A stretch of DNA of 64,000 nucleotides, from positions 147,498,001 through 147,562,000 of the forward strand of contig OZ024740.1 of assembly GCA_964016885.1 (NCBI GenBank), read 5' to 3'. The position numbers were made by a program, and so were the translations under genes. The notes under the pieces were generated by a model. It did not search any database, was not told the origin of the DNA, and saw nothing but the letters and a program-made list of their open reading frames with translations. Within the stretch, counting starts at the first letter, position 1, and every line of letters begins with the position of its first letter. Below, in pieces: positions 1 to 17,159 of this stretch. The DNA is from Eledone cirrhosa (Eukaryota).

Positions 1-1290
1 AAAAATGAAGGAATTGTTAAGAACTGAATACATTCGGAGAGTAAGGAGCGTATTGAAGTCACATCTGAACAGCAGAAATGCCATAAGTGCAGTAAATTCC
101 CGAGCTGTGTCTATTATTAGGTACAGTGCGGGAATTCTGAGATGGAATGTTGCTGAACAAAAAGAAATGGATAGGAAGACTAGGAAGCTATTGACTATCT
201 ACAACATGTTCCACAAGAGGAGTGATGTCGATAGACTCTACCTAAGGAGATCTGAGGGTGGAAGAGGTCTTATCAGCATAGAGGACTGTGTTCAGATGGA
301 GAAAAACAACCTATACAAATACGTGACCTATAGTAAGGAGCCAATGCTCAGAACTGTACTGAAGGAGGGGACAGTAGGCCAGGGGATGTCCAAGGAGGAA
401 ATAACATCAAGGAGGAAGAGCAGCCTTAAGGGAAAATCCCTTCATAGTACCTTCTTTGAGAAAACTGAATTTGGAGATCCACAGACATGGAACTTGTTGA
501 GAAGAGGAGACCTCAAAAAGGCTACAGAAGGAATGCTAATGGCTGCGCAGGAGCAGGCCCTCAAAACGAAGTGGTTGAAGCACCATATCTACAAGGAGGA
601 GGCTAACCCACTGTGTAGGATCTGTGGAGAGAGAGAGGAGACTGTGGCTCACATTGTGTCCGAGTGTAAACACCTAGCCCAGACCCACTATAAGGGCTGG
701 AGACACGATGTGATGGGCAGGGTGATCCACTGGCACCTGTGCAAAGTAAACAATTTACCACATTCTGAGAAATGGTATGAGCATAGGCCAGAGGCGGCGA
801 TGGAGAACAATCAGGTGAAGGTGCTGTGGGATTTTAGGATACAGACGGACAAAAAACTGGAACACAATAGACCTGACCTGGTGGTTGTGGACAAAGAAAA
901 AAGATCGTGCCTGATTGTGGATGTGGCCTGCCCGTTCGACACGAGAGTGCAAGAGAAGGAGAGGGAGAAAATTAACCGATACCAGGACCTAAAGTGGGAG
1001 GTGAAAAGGATTTGGAACTGCCATGAAGTCAAAGTGATCCCGATTGTCATAGGCGCACTGGGGACTATCTCAAAAAGTTTCCAGGGATGGTTAAAGAAAA
1101 TCGGCCCCTTCACGCTTTTTGGAACGCTTCAAAAGGCATGCTTGCTGGGAACAGCAAGAACCCTCCGATACGTCCTGAATATCTGAGGCTGCAGGTAGTG
1201 GCTTGATATTCAATCCAACGGACTTTCCAGTTAACCAACATCAATGACTGAGATTCAAGGAATAACAACAACAATAATAATAATAATAAT
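1..1290 (+). mobile_element. 3' part of a Dong/R4-type non-LTR retrotransposon (post-RT region, CCHC knuckle, restriction-like endonuclease) with short 3' UTR and (TAA)n end
   Basis: ORF 5..1186 has CRICGEREETVAHIVSEC, RHD, RPDLVVVD...DVACP...EKINRY and IVIGALG, typical of RLE non-LTR elements. About 75 nt of UTR runs into AACAACAATAATAATAAT. The 5' part lies outside the window. Confidence 0.9.
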
Positions 1291-1384
1291 TACTATTATC
1301 ATTAATATTCGAAAAACTCAGATTTATATTTCTTGTATTCAGTCATGTAGAGCGATAAAACTATTTATTAGTTATGTGTTTGTG

Positions 1385-1416
<32 letters not shown>

Positions 1417-2572
1417 CCTGCGCAAAACAGTAAGTGAAAACACTATTCTTGTCTCCTTTGACGTAGTAAACTTTTACACTAACATACCCCATAACTATGG
1501 AATAATGGCAATCCAGTACAGGCTAGACACTCACCTATCTGAAATACAAACACGCATCAACAAAAAACTTTATTATTGATCGACTCCGATTTACAGAATG
1601 GGCACAAAGGTAGCCCCCACATACACCAACTTAGTCATGGGATTCCACGAACAAAAAATTTACAACCAATCCCTTTTATTATTCGGAGATTCTTTCCTTA
1701 CACATCTTAAAAATAATTGGAAGAGATACCTAGACAATTGCTTTATACTATGGTAGGAAGACATGAATACACTCACTATTTTCAAAAATATGATAAACGA
1801 ACATTAACAATAACAAACAATTCGAAATGGAATCCAACTCCAAGGAATTAGACTTCTTGGATATCCTTATTTTTTAAAAAGATAGAAAATAGAAGCAGAC
1901 ATCTTTTATAAACCCACGGACTCTAAACAGTACCCTATTCACATCAAATACCCCAAAGCATACAAAACTTAACATTCCTTTTAATTTAACCAAACTTATA
2001 TGCACCATATTATCAGACCCAGCTAAACGAGAACAAAGACTAAATGAACTAAAAAACAGACTTACCTTTAGAGCCTTCTCACTTGACATAATTAATAACG
2101 GAATAGACAGCAAAACACGCAAATTTTCATCAACCCAACAACCCAAAGCACAGAACCACAAACAATACCTACCATATGTATCCACATTCAACCCCAGAAA
2201 CATCGAAATGTTCGACCACCTACACAAAACCCTCCCAATTCTATTTAAAGATGAAAACATGAAAAAAATCCCAGAAACACACAAGATCATTAACAGGAAA
2301 CGTCATCCCAAATCACTAAAACATATTCTTACTGGAACAAATATACACAAACCAATCTCCAACCTTACAGTAACAAAATGCGGAAGAACTATACTTAATT
2401 GAAGGACAAAAAATCACGTTTAAAGATAATCAAACGTTCACAGTGAAAAACAACTTCACTTGCAACTCAGAGAACCTGATCTACGTAATCACATGCGGTG
2501 GCTGTCGACATAACTACATAGGACAGACGTGTGTGTCATTACGCAAAAGAATGACCATCCAACGCCAACAAT
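1417..2572 (+). mobile_element. Decayed, 5'-truncated Penelope-like element (RT, thumb, GIY-YIG)
   Basis: Broken frames give LVSFDVVNFYTNIP, MGTKVAPTYTNLVMG, WKRYLDNCF, LDFLDI, NIPFNL and NFTCNSENLIYVITCGGCRHNYIGQT. Both ends abut TA-rich tracts. Confidence 0.85.
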
Positions 2573-2661
2573 ATATTTATGTATATATATATATACGTAT
2601 ATATATACATATATATGTGTATATATATATATATATACATATATTATATATATATATATAT

Positions 2662-2930
2662 AAATGGCGTAGACATACAATACAACAGGAGGAAACATAA
2701 TAGTACCACTGATGATGCTGCAGATGTGCAACGAAAGAACTTTGTTCGACTATATATATGTATTTATATCTGTATTTGTGACCGTTGGTCAGTCAATGAT
2801 AAACATTGATGGCCAAATGAATTAACTGTGGAGATATAAAAGATACAGAAGCGAAAACCAACCAAACAGTGAGTGTGTTCTGTTATTATTTCTGGCAATA
2901 GTATTACAACAACATGACCCTCCCCAAGTA

Positions 2931-2936
<6 letters not shown>
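2662..2936 (+). mobile_element. Solo PLE pseudo-LTR with degenerate hammerhead motif (~2706-2752)
   Basis: CTGATGA-TGC..GCA-ACGAAAGAAC. Shares ATGGCGTAG.. and the terminal CAACATGACCCTCCC(C)AAGTATAAC with the element at 32553-32986. Lies between (TA)n tracts. Confidence 0.6.
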
Positions 2937-2994
<58 letters not shown>

Positions 2995-3070
2995 ATACTC
3001 GTCCCATGGACTGAGTGCTCTACCACTACGGATATTACCTTCCAGTGTTCTACCTCACTCTCTCTCTCTC

Positions 3071-4155
<1,085 letters not shown>

Positions 4156-4319
4156 TAAAAGCACTGGACGTAATATATATATATATATAGTAATAATAAT
4201 AAATTTGAAGACTAAAATCCAAAGACGGCTCGATAAGGATAAATATATATCAAATATATAAGAACCGTAGAGCAAATATTTATTAAAATAACAGATTAAA
4301 GTTTAAGCAAAGAATCGCT

Positions 4320-4368
4320 GTTTCAGAAGATCCCGTTAAGGGTGAAAGCAGCGATTCTTTGCTTAAAC
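4320..4368 (+). ncRNA. Type I hammerhead-like motif, CAGAAGA core variant (copies 3248-3296 on minus, ~57116-57163 on plus)
   Basis: GTTT-CAGAAGA-TCCC gttaa GGGT-GAAA-GCA gcgattctt TGC-TT-AAAC: stems I, II and III all pair, but core position U4 is A. Confidence 0.6.
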
Positions 4369-4479
4369 TTTAATCTGTTATTTTAATAAATATTTGCTCT
4401 ACGGTTCTTATATATTTGATATATATTTATCCTTATCGAGCCGTCTTTGGATTTTAGTCTTCAAATTTATTATTATTAC

Positions 4480-4622
4480 TAGCATAGTTACGTCCCTTTA
4501 CAGTCTGAGTTCAAATCCCGCCGAGGTTAACTTTGCCTTTCATCCTTACGGGGTTGATAAAATAAAGTACCAGTAATGTACTGGCTAATTGCTGGCCTTG
4601 TGCCTAAAGTAGAAACAATTAT
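4480..4622 (+). mobile_element. tRNA-derived SINE, 5'-truncated
   Basis: B-box-like GAGTTCAAATCCC followed by the conserved GCCTTTCATCCTTACGGGG..GATAAAATAAAGTACCAG block. Flanked by duplicated ATTATTACT. Confidence 0.85.
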
Positions 4623-6842
4623 TACTATATATATATATATATATTACGTCCAGTGCTTTTCCTAATATTACATCGCGGTTGACTATACGTAATAACCAGT
4701 TCTATCCAGTGGTGAACCAACAAACCTAAATGTATAAACACACACACACACATATATATATATAAAATAACATTAATAAAGATGCTGATGTTACATAAAT
4801 CGTTTATTCATTATAATTACTAGCAGAAAAACCACCTTTCGGGTGGTTTTCTGCTAGCATGTGTAGTGTGTATATTGATATTATACGCAGGTATATATAC
4901 ATGTAGATATGATACATCAAATAAAATCGTAATTGACAATATATAATACATAGAAATTGAACGAAGACTGCGTTACACTGTCTTATTTAATCAGTAACGT
5001 AATCCATGATACATTAAACAAGTCGATATTATATATAAACTGCATTAGGAGAAAATTAGTATGTTTATTTAAGCGATGGCCAACCGGAAGTGTTGACATT
5101 TCAGAAATTTTAAAGAAGTGAAACTTTAAATAAACAAAATATATTTAATCAACAGCCACGAAATTTACTAGATAAATTACGTAATATTCATTCATTATTT
5201 ATTCAAAGTAATCCAACTTATTTTACAAAGGGGATAAAAAAAAACCCGTACGCAATCCCGCAGACCTTCCTTTATAATTTATTTATGTTTAAAGAGGAAC
5301 AAAATGTATGTATATATGTATGTGTGTGTGTATATATATATATGTGTGTTTATGTGTCTGTATATTTTCACATTAACATTGGTATGGTAGTTGGTGGTGA
5401 TTCTTTGTTTCCTCCATAAACAGCATATTCCAGAAAGCTGTAGTTTGACATGTCAAGATCAGTGGGACAATTACATTACTATATATATGGAGGTGCCAGA
5501 AAACAAGAGAGAAAAGAAGGGTCTCTTGAGGTGAGTCACTGATGCTGGAGTTGGCTTCCTCTTGTTAATGGTAGAGTTGTTGTTGTTAATGACACTGTTG
5601 ACGTCGTTGCCTTCCTCTTGTTAATGGTGAAGATATAGAGCGAAATACAAAATCCACCAGCAGACAATTATATAAAAAAAGTATATAGAAATAAAGTTAA
5701 CATTTCTGTCTGGGATATAAATATTTGTTTTACATTTCCGCATACATCGTAACGATATTCTCAATGGACGCGCTTACAATATTTGAATATAACTGAACCG
5801 TCGTGTCATTTAATTTGAAAAGTGGAGCAAAGTAAAAGGAGAATAGTGAAATTGGAGTGTCAATCCCTTGTGTTTTTTTTTTTTTTTTTTTCCAATACCG
5901 GACTTACAGTTTTCCAGGATTTATAGACTTATTTGTGTTTATTTTTCCTTCAAAAGGATGGAGGCGTTTTATCTCCTCATGAAACTGACATTACTTAATG
6001 ATGTTCGTCATCTATGGCTTATTCATATGTATTATTTCATAACTCTATCCTTACGGGGTCGATAAAATAAAGTACCAGTAATGTACTGGGTAATTGCTGG
6101 CCTTGTGCCAATAGTAGAAACAATTATTTCATAACTCTATAGAACGTTTAGAATGTTTGTGCAGTGTTCTGTGTCCAGCCAGGTTTGTACAACAGGTAAG
6201 AAAAATGATGATTCGATTTCTTCTGATAGGAGCCTCTTCCACGTCGGAAGATCGAAGTGTGTTTTCTTGTCTTCAATACTTTCATAAACGGCTTCGGAGA
6301 TTTAAAATGCATGTTTCTATTGGTGCTTCCATTTCCACACGGTTCTACTCAGGAATTACCAGTAGAACTCATAAAACACTGTGATCTAATTTGCTTGTTG
6401 TTTATGTGAAATGTGTGGTCAGCGAATATTTCAGTCGTTGAAAGGCATATGAAAAAATGATGTGTAGAATAATTCAATATTTACAAAAAATGTATTTATA
6501 TTTCATTTTAAATATTGCTTTCAATTCCAGATATAACATTTTAATATATCTTATTAGTAATATATATCTAAGAAATCTTGATTATATAAATCAGAAATAT
6601 AACAGAACGTTATACGGTTCTCCCATGCAATCAAGATGTAATTCATGCATTTATTGTTGTTATGAGAACGGTATCCTCAAATGAAATTCGATTTTGTGAT
6701 ATGCTTGCTCCTGCTTTTTACCAAAACAACCTCTTCGGAACATTATATATATATATATAAAAGGAAAACAGAAATAACAACACAATCGGTACAGTATATG
6801 GAAGGGATATAATAGGTTAACGCTTGATATAGCAGGAAGAGG

Positions 6843-6878
6843 GTCCTAACGTTTGGGACGTTAGTCCTTCATCAGAAG
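6843..6878 (-). ncRNA. Degenerate minimal hammerhead in a solo pseudo-LTR fragment
   Basis: Minus strand reads CTGATGA-A-GGAC taac GTCC-CAAA-CGT-TA. GAAA is mutated to CAAA and stem I is weak. Confidence 0.45.
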
Positions 6879-7036
6879 AAAGAATGAGAAATAAGATAGA
6901 TTGAGGGCATGGGCGGGTTGGAAGACAAATTCAGTTCATCTCCTTTTGAGAATGCTTTCTGTAGTTGGCGATAGATAGATAGATAGGAATACATAGAGAC
7001 AAAAAGAATAATACATACATAGATAGATACAAACCA

Positions 7037-7202
<166 letters not shown>

Positions 7203-7785
7203 TTGGGAATCTCCATTCATAAATGTTTAAGCTCATCAAAATGCCATGATTAACTTACCTCTTACAAATAATGAAACTAGACAGCAACTGTATGTTTCCT
7301 TGAAATCTTATATCAAAATGTGTCAAATTACTTGTTACATGTCGAAGGATGTTATGAACCTTTTAAATATTCTTTATATCAATTTTATAGAGATAAAAAT
7401 GTGCCTCTTATGAGGTGTTTCTATAATCAGGTGATAGCTATTATCAGTTAACGTATATCTTAAACAATACTGACACATAAAAATAAATATTGACACATGA
7501 ATATAAACATTGAAAAGGGAATTAAGATAACGTAGGTATACATTTTCAGAAATTACTAAGAAAGATTGCAAAGTATAAACATCCACATATTAACAGTATT
7601 TCAAATTACTCATACACAATATGACAATGTAAATTTGTATAATATTTAAGCGTATGCAAACCTAAGTATTCGACGTTCTAAAAAGTTGCCTTTAATACCT
7701 GCTTAAGAATCTAAATATTCTTAATGTTAGATGACCAGAAAGACAGCTTAGAAACTGGGGCTATCTTGTACGAATAATGTCTTAA

Positions 7786-7980
7786 CAGACCTGTCAACTC
7801 TCCCCGTCCGGTGGGGAGATCTCCCACCCACTTTCGGGTGGGTGAGCGATGACTTCTCTTGTGAAAATGGATATAGCTTTCGTAATGTAAAATCTCCCCA
7901 TTTTGCCTCATTTCTCCTCGTTTTAGGGCACTTTTTTTCATGTTACTCCCCGTTTCGGTTTTTAGAAGTTTGCAGTTCTG
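7786..7980 (+). mobile_element. ~195-bp MITE with short imperfect terminal inverted repeats (copies ~17819-18013 on plus, partial ~31900-32004 on minus)
   Basis: CAGACCTGTCAAC ... GTTTGCAGTTCTG termini, flanked by TCTTAA on both sides. Three homologous copies in the window. Confidence 0.7.
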
Positions 7981-8602
7981 TCTTAAATAACAACCTCTAA
8001 TTTATAGTAGAAGTAAACCATGATTAATAAATGTTGATGTGGTACTGGAGAGAAGTTTCAAAACGATTTCTAAATCTGAAAAGCCAAGGGATTCAGATGT
8101 TATAACATAATATTTATTACTTATTTTGCTCTTGACGTTTCCGACGTTTGCATTTCTGAAATTAAATTTAACCGGGAATAACTCTAATCATTCTCAAATT
8201 TAATTGATCAAAATCTACAGATTTACAAGGGGTTCATAAAAACCATTGTACTGTCAAATGATTTATACTAGAAAATAACATGAACTCAACAAACTGGATA
8301 AGGAGATGTGATGTACAGTAGAAAAAGTTATTTGTTATGTTGAATTCGCTAACATAGAATTGTACACAAATGTAGTCACAGAACAACGACAACTGCAATT
8401 GAGTGTCTAAATATTAAGTAAAGAGACATAGTTGACGAGGAAGATATTTATTAAATGCATTTTGAAGAGGAACAACTTTTCCGTATTGCCCTTTCTTCTA
8501 CACTTTAACCTAAAGTCAATTTTATTCAAATATATGATTCTTGCAGAATTTAATACCCCAAATCTTATTCTTCACTGAAGACAAGGTAAATCTTTATGAG
8601 CA

Positions 8603-9800
8603 ATATTGATTTCTATTTTAAGCACAAAGCCAGAACATTTTGGAGAAAAGGGCAAGGTGATGAAGTTAACTAGATTATTTGACTGATACTTTATTTTACT
8701 GATATCAGAAGGATGAAAGGTAAAGTTGACCATGGCGGGATTTGAAGTGAGAATACCACATAGCAATTTGTTGGACGCTCGACCAATTCTGCCAATCACT
8801 TAAATCTCACTACAGGCTATTCCACTAATACTGGGTTGAAATTAGTCAAAATGTTTCTGTGCAATAGATACACTTGGGGAAAATATAAAGAAAATCAAGA
8901 AAGAAAACCTAGAAATTAATGTTTTCAAAGTATTTGTTTAAGCCATATGAGTGGAAGTTTCTAAACCACAGTGTAACATGATTTTATAAATATACCGTAT
9001 AGAAATAAAACCATAAATAAAACCTTTCTATGGTATGAATGCGCCTATTTTGACCACACGTTGCATTATTTTCTAAATTATGAACATTTAGTAAAGTAAA
9101 TTTCAATAAAACCATTTTTGATTTAATTATATTGTTTTGATTTCTTCATTTAATTATTTGCTTAAGATGCAACACAGTGGGATCGAATCCTTCGCCTAAT
9201 GATGTCCTCCACAACAACATTAAGTTTGAAATACAACAACTAGCATGAACTGTGTCTTCGGGTGGTTGACTTCGCTCCAATTTGATTCTACGTGGTGGTG
9301 GTGGTGATGGTGGTGGTGTAGAAGGAACCTTTCTCTACTAAGTGTCCAAATAATATTGTTTTCTGATTTAGGCACAAGGCCAGCAATTTTGAGGGAGGGG
9401 AAAGTCGATTAAATCGACCTCAGTGCGTTACTGGTACTTTATTTATCAACCTCGTAAGAATGAACGGCAAAGCTAACCTCAACGGGATTTGAACTCAGAA
9501 CGTAAAGGGCCGTAACTCTATGCCGCGAAGCATGGTGTCTGACTCTCTACCGATACTGCTAATCCACTGCCCTGTGTCCAAATAATAATGATTTAATAAC
9601 ATAGACACAAGGCTAGAAATTTTTGGAGGAGGGAGATGTCGATTATATCGATCCCAGTAATTGAGTAGTACTTCATTTCATCGACCTTGGAAGGGTGAAA
9701 AGCAAAGTGTACCTTGGCGGAATTTGAACCCAGAACGTAACGACCCGGAACAAAATATGTTAAGAATTTGTCCGACGTGCTAACGATTCTGCAAATACAA
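8603..9800 (-). mobile_element. Three SINE copies (~8603-8800, ~9355-9572, ~9593-9800)
   Basis: Reverse complements of the SINE consensus (GGATTTGAACTCAG, GGATGAAAGG, CACAAGGCCAGCAATT). Confidence 0.85.
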
Positions 9801-10304
9801 TACCCTAGGACACCGAGTAACAACAGTGGCTGAAGTGCTTTGTGGCAAGGAACTCACTCATTCGTGGCAGGGTCGGGTAAGATAAGGTGGAATCGGCAAA
9901 TCTGTGGAAAAAATGCCGGACTAATGCTGTCAGCAAAAGACTACAGATATTGTTTGCTGACGTGTGTGCGCCATTGAGGATGGATTAACCAACATTTTAT
10001 CCGGCATTATTTTGTAAAGCGCATGTGTTCCATTGAGAAGTGATCAAACAATAAATCAGGAACTGGTTGCCAACCAGGAGGTTTGGATTCGAGAAGTGCA
10101 GAGTGTCCCACGTTTCTGACAGTGAGTTGTCAATGATAAATTAACATATTATGTGAACACTTTCGAGTCACACAAATGATTTGCGACTTCACGTAATAGA
10201 ATTATTAATTTAGAACACAGATTCTTATGTGGTCAGTTATTCAATCATTTAATCATATAATTCATATGTATATATATATATATTTTTTTTTCTTTCTTCT
10301 TTCT

Positions 10305-13265
<2,961 letters not shown>

Positions 13266-13266
13266 G

Positions 13267-16138
13267 TAAATATCTTTAAGTCGTTTGGAAGCCTCGACAA
13301 TGCAAATGGGTAAATCTCCGGGTAACAAGATCCGGTGGTGGAGAGAGATGTAAGTGGGTGTACGTTGAGATGCGTGGTGTGTATAAGATGTGTAGAAGAA
13401 TGAAGGAAAGAGTATAAAGGATAAAATAAAAATAACAACACGAGAGAGAGTTACCTTGGGAGAGATTTAATTGTCCCTATATATTTCGGATTCACATCCA
13501 TCAACTGGGGGTTTTTTCGGGGTGGGGGAAAGGTTGTCTGTCGGACAGGTGCGAAACGCGTCCTCCGCTGTTTGTTGTTTTGAATATCTGAGGTATTCGG
13601 CAGAGCGCGCGTGCGCGTGAAATGGGGTCGGTCGGGCAGAGGTCAGCGGCCTAATGAGGGAGTGGGGTGACGCTAGCTGTCAGTCCATTCTCTGCCTGTT
13701 TGTTAAATGTTACTGTGTGTGTGTGTGTTGTTGTCTCGCTTGAGTGTGTGTGTGTGTGTGTGCGTGTGTTGTTGCCTTGTTCCTCTGTATTGGCAGTGTA
13801 GTATGTTCGTATGGTGGAATGCTACTGTGTGTGTGTGCGTGTGTGTGTGTAGTTGTCTCGTTTGTGTGTGTGTGTGTGCGTGTGTTGCTGCATCGTTTGT
13901 TAGCTTAAACCAGCCATCTCATTTCGCTTCTCTCTGATCGGTTGTTTATTTGCGGTTGCAGGCGTTTGATAAAAAGCGCTTCCTTGATACGTAACGTGCC
14001 GACGTTTCTTCCAGTCGCTAGAATTGTGACAATGGGCCTTCCGTCTTTGTTTCCGCATTTGTCTATGTGTTTCCGGAAAGACGAGGCCCTGGTTTTAGTG
14101 TGTTCCTTGATCCGGATGTGCAAAGGTCGGATTGTGCTACCTATGTAGTATTGGTTGCACCTGTCACATTCTATCTTATACACGACGTATGTGCGTAGGC
14201 AACAGTTCGCATGGCGTATCGGGCAGTCTCTGAGGGAGCATGCGTCAGTAGATTTCCCGGGTTTCCTGGAGAGGCATCTTTGCAGGGAGGGGCCCGAGTG
14301 GGCCAGGTGGATGTCGAAGCCCTCCCTCCGTATAGCCTTGCGGATAGCGTTGGTGGTATTCTCGTCCAGGTGTGGCATTTTAAGGAAGCACTTGCCTTGG
14401 GTGCCTCTCTGTCTCTTGCGTCTGGTGTCTCCTATTCTGTCTGTGATCGAGGTAGGGTACCCGTTCGTCTCCAGCACCTCGTGGAATCGCTTGGTATGAG
14501 TGACACCACTCGCGGGATCGCTGCATCTGTTTTTGATTCACGCGATCTCGTTCGTGATGTATCCTATTTTGGCACTGTTAGGGAGGGCGGACCTGTAGTG
14601 AACGAACAGGTCCCTGCAGGCTGCCTTTCGGTAGAAGTTGCAGTGGATCCTTCCCTGTTCCGTGATGTTGATTCAGAAGTCGAGGAGGGCAAGTGACCCG
14701 TCTTCGTTGGGGTGTTCAACACTGAAGTCAATGTTCTCGTCCGTGTTGTTGAACGTCTCATAGATTCTGTTCGCCGTGTCTTGGGAAGATTTGAGGATGA
14801 GGATATCGTCCACGTACCTTGAGAAAAAAGGCTACGGCGTTGGGGTGGCAGGCGTTGAGTGCCTTGCGTTCGAGGTTGTCCATGTAAGAGATCGCTAACA
14901 CACCTGATAGGCTTGATCCCATGGGCAATCCCGAGGTTTGTTGGTATGTTTGGTCAAGGAATCTGAAGTAGGTGTTGTCGACGACGATGGATAGGAGTTG
15001 GTGGATGTCAGTGGTGGTGAGCCCGAAGCAGTGTAGGTCGGTGGATTGGACGCGTTCCATCAGTATATTGACGGCCGGGAGTGCCGGGACCGAGGTGTAG
15101 AGAGCGACTACATCAAGGTTGAAGGCGTATCTGTTACTCCTTCTGGTGTCGGGATCCATTTGATGCAGGCGCTTCAACACCTCCTCGGAGCTGTTAACGT
15201 GTCCCGGCAAGGTGTCTAAGATGGGTTTGAGTATTCTGGCTAGGAGCCATGAAATTTTGTAGAGTGGTCCCTCCACGCTCGATACGATGGGCCTGATCTT
15301 CAGGTCGGGTCCCTGTTTGTGTGTTTTCACGAGGTGGTAGAAGGTGGGTAGTCTGCTGTTCCTCGTGAGGAGGTTGTATCTCAGCTTCTTCGGGAGCTTC
15401 CGCCGGTCGCAGATGTTGGTCCAGGCGGCGTTGGTGTGCTCTTCTATCTGCGCGGGAGTGATTCCCGTTACCTTGGAGTAGAGGTTGTCATCGTCAAGGT
15501 GTTGGAGGGCCAGGGTGTTGTAGGCCTATCTGCTGATGACGCAGAATTCCTTTCCCTTGTCGGAGGGGAGATAGATGAGGTTCTTCGATTTTAGGTTGGA
15601 GAGAGTGGTGAGTTGAGATTTGGTGAGGTTATGTGTTGTGCGTGTGTGTGTGTGTTTGTGAAGTATATCCGAGATGGAGTGTTTTAGCCTGATGAGTTTA
15701 GTGTCGAGTTCGTGGTTGGTGGGTGGGGGGTGGAGTGGGTTGTCGGGGTGGTAAGTGGGGAACTTGGGGTGGGTTGCGTGGGCGCTGTTATTTTCTGTGG
15801 CGCTGTTGATGGTGGTCACCCATTTAAGTTGGTAAGCGGCTCGACAAAAGTTGGCCTCGATGTTAAGTTTGAGTCTGTCGTCGAGACGTTGTGAGACGAT
15901 GAACTTGGGTCCGAGTTACAGCTCGTCGCTCGTGAGAGTGCCGGTTAGGTCGGTGACCAGGTGCGTCGTATCGTTGAGGTATGGCTCGGTGTTGGTGGAT
16001 GCGGCGGTGGCGGTTGTTAAGTTGTTGTTTCCCACGTGGTTCTGGTCCGTCTGTTCGTTAGTGTCGATGTTCTCGTTGTGGCGTTTCGACAAGGTCCACT
16101 CATATTTTCGCTTGAGCCGTTTTTTCTGGTATTGGACA
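13267..16138 (-). mobile_element. Near full-length Penelope-like element (coding ~16103 to 13905, interrupted by stops and frameshifts)
   Basis: PSDKG, LKIRPIVSS, LDVVALYTSV, QTSGLPMGSSLS, RYVDDI, a Cys-rich linker and VVYKIECDRCNQYYIGST..LHIRIKEH..IKEALFI (GIY-YIG). Degenerate hammerhead at ~13475-13509. (TA)n on both flanks. Confidence 0.92.
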
Positions 16139-16239
16139 TATATATATATGTATATAAAACAAAGAGGTTGTGGTAAGATACCAGAGAGAGAATAGAGGGA
16201 CTTAAATCTTGTGCGTTCTCGAATATAACAATGAACATT

Positions 16240-16957
16240 ATCAGCAGCAGTATCTGTAGAGCGTCCAACACCATGCTTTGTAACATAGAGGTACGGCCTT
16301 TTACGCTTTGAATTCGAAACCCGTCGAGGTTAGCTTTGCCTTTCCTCCTTACGGGGTCAATAAAATAAAGCACCAGTAACGTACTGGGGTCGATTTAATC
16401 GACTTTCCCCTCACCCCAACAATTGTTATCCTTGTGCCTAAATCACACACCATTATCAGTGCAATGTATAAAATTATTATTTGCGTTCCATAAAATATAG
16501 AGTTTTTTGGTGAAAGTTAAAGCATGGCTATTGGTGGATTAGCAGTATCAGTAGGGGGTCGGACACCATGCTTTGCATTAAAGAGTTACGTCCCTTTATG
16601 GTCTGAGTTCAAATCCCACCGAGGTTAACTTTGCCTTTCATCCTTACGGGGGTCGATAAAATAAAGTACCAGAAATACACTGGGGTTAATTGCTGGCCTT
16701 GTGCCAAAAGTAGAAACAATTATTTTATAGAATCGGAAGGGAGGAGATTAGCAATAGGGGTAGAGCGGCTGACAACATGCCTTGTGGTATTTAGATACGA
16801 TCTTCTATTTCTGATTTCAAATCCTGCCGAGGTTAATTTTGCCTTTCATCCTTCAGGGTTCGATAAAATAAAGTACCAGTTAAGTACTGGGTCGATATAA
16901 TCGACTTCCTCTTTCCCCCAAATTGCTGGCCTTGCGCCAATGCTAGAAATAATTATT
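16240..16957 (+). mobile_element. Three head-to-tail SINE copies (~16240-16460, ~16526-16723, ~16738-16957)
   Basis: A-box-like head, B-box GAGTTCAAATCC and conserved central block in each copy. Confidence 0.88.
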
Positions 16958-17159
16958 TTATAAACCCAGTGGGATAAAAGTGGAAGTGATAATATGTTGA
17001 ATTTGAACTCGAAACCTAGAATTGACACCTACACTGTTTATAATGCATAATTTTTCTTTTGGTAGAATGACCATGATTTTCATATAAACAGGTTCAATTT
17101 CATATAAAGTTGACGCTGCGAATTACAATACTAAGGATTTCGCTAATAATCGTGAGCTA

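Larger units (their letters stand above)
4157..4660. repeat. Near-perfect palindrome centred on a hammerhead motif, with the right arm interrupted by a SINE
   Basis: 4188-4320 is the reverse complement of 4349-4481. Symmetry resumes after the SINE (4157-4195 vs ~4618-4660). Confidence 0.9.

Noticed and set aside
4819-4858. Strong hairpin CTAGCAGAAAAACCACC-TTTCG-GGTGGTTTTCTGCTAG as a terminator
   Set aside because: Eukaryotic DNA. It may be the end of a rolling-circle-type non-autonomous element, but there is no second clear copy or matching end to support a call.
13942-14696. Plus-strand ORFs over the PLE (similarly 811-1113, 54436-55089, 60258-60563)
   Set aside because: Antisense shadows of retroelement coding sequence with no recognisable motifs.
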